Shown: positions 62,924 to 64,000 of the stretch, in pieces
Position numbering within the stretch: the first letter of the stretch is position 1
Layout of the letters: the number at the start of each line of letters is the position of its first letter
Program-made: the position numbers and the translations under genes
Notes under the pieces: generated by a model
What the model saw: only the letters and a program-made list of their open reading frames with translations
Told to the model about the DNA's origin: nothing
The model's database searches: none
NCBI RefSeq assembly: GCF_009914755.1
Contig: NC_060925.1
DNA: 64,000 nt
Strand: one strand, 5' to 3'
From: the human T2T-CHM13v2.0 reference genome, Homo sapiens

Positions 62924-63755
62924 CCAACCAGGAAACTTTGAGGAGGTCAGAGAGACGCAAGTTGTCAACTCTGTTCACCCCAGCTCAGAGGGAGATGGTG
63001 GCTCTCTGGGTGGGAGTCATCTCTCACCTAGGAAACCCACCTGCCCAAGCCATCTCATTCCAGCTGTAAAGGGAACAAAGGGGAGGCAAGAGGACAGGGG
63101 TTCCACTCATCCCTTTGCTCCATTTTAAACCCTCTTCCTGGCACCTTTAGGTAAACAGCTAAGCCTGTGTAAATTCAACCAGTAAAATGATCTGATTGTC
63201 AGTCCTCTGCTGAAAGCCCTTCAGTTGATTTCCGCTGCGATGCCAAAAAAAGCTAAATTGCCTGAGACCCCTGCCCACCTCTCCCACCTCATCTCATGCC
63301 ACTCTTTTCTCACATTTCAGTTTCTCACATTTACTGACTTCTTTCTTGCCTCCAAGTCTTCGCCTTTGCTGTTCCCTTAGCTACTCCAGCATTGGCTCAT
63401 TCTCATCTTAAAGGCCTCGGCTTGAATGTTGCCATCTCAAGAAGGCCTTTTCCAAACATCCTGTTCAAAGTAGCCCCCACCAACTTATGTGGTCATATTT
63501 TACAGGGATGAGGCTCTAAAGACCATATTTAAGGCAAGAATCATATGGTCAAAATTATCATTGAAAATCCCTTAGAAAGCTATCATATTGGAATCTTGTT
63601 CATCACACGCCCTTTCCTTTCCTTTCCTTTCCTTTCCTGTAACATGCCAGACACACTTACAACCCCAAATCTCTGCATAGATCTCTCTCCCTCATCCCTT
63701 CAGGTCTTTGCTCAAATGTAATGTTCTCAGTGAGAACTTCCTGACTACCCACTTC

Positions 63756-63893
63756 AGGCTGGGAGTGACGGCTCATTCTTGTAATCCCAGCACTTTGGGA
63801 GGCTGAGGCAGGAGGATCACTTGAGCCCAGGAATTTGAGGCCAGCCTGGGCAACATAGTGAGATGCCATCTCTAAATCAAACAAACAAAAAAA
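63756..63893 (+). mobile_element. Alu monomer (FLAM-like)
   Basis: Left monomer with A-rich tail. Confidence 0.8.
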
Positions 63894-64000
63894 CTGTAAC
63901 ATTTCCATTCCTGCCCCAGCATTCTATAATCCCCTTCAGAGCCTTACTTTTTCCTCCATAGATCACTGTCTAACATATTATACATTTCACTTAGAATTAA

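Overview
Primate genomic DNA, almost certainly human, Alu-rich with a CpG island. It carries the complete + strand gene AZIN2 (antizyme inhibitor 2; ODC-paralog, formerly ADC). I traced nine GT-AG coding exons by hand (20143-58059); they sum to 1383 nt, i.e. 460 aa plus stop. The protein keeps the PLP lysine but lacks the ODC catalytic Cys. The gene has a TATA/CCAAT/GC-box CpG-island promoter at about 18.8-20.2 kb, 5'UTR exons, and a poly(A) signal at 58376. Upstream lies a 5.2-kb defective HERV-K provirus (1409-6585, 6-bp TSD GAAACA) with HML-2 LTR5-type LTRs and an apparently recombinant, multiply deleted interior. The rest is Alu, L1, L2/MIR, MaLR and DNA-transposon sequence. The most interesting observations are: (i) a weak-context uORF in the AZIN2 leader ending Pro-Pro-stop, plus an overlapping PPW frame, resembling the polyamine/eIF5A ribosome-queuing sensor of AZIN1; (ii) the two-matrix-domain chimeric HERV-K; (iii) a ~270-bp locally templated insertion splitting an Alu; (iv) candidate poison and alternative exons in the long AZIN2 intron. 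Repeat subfamily names are recalled from consensus sequences and their boundaries are approximate; no searches were run.
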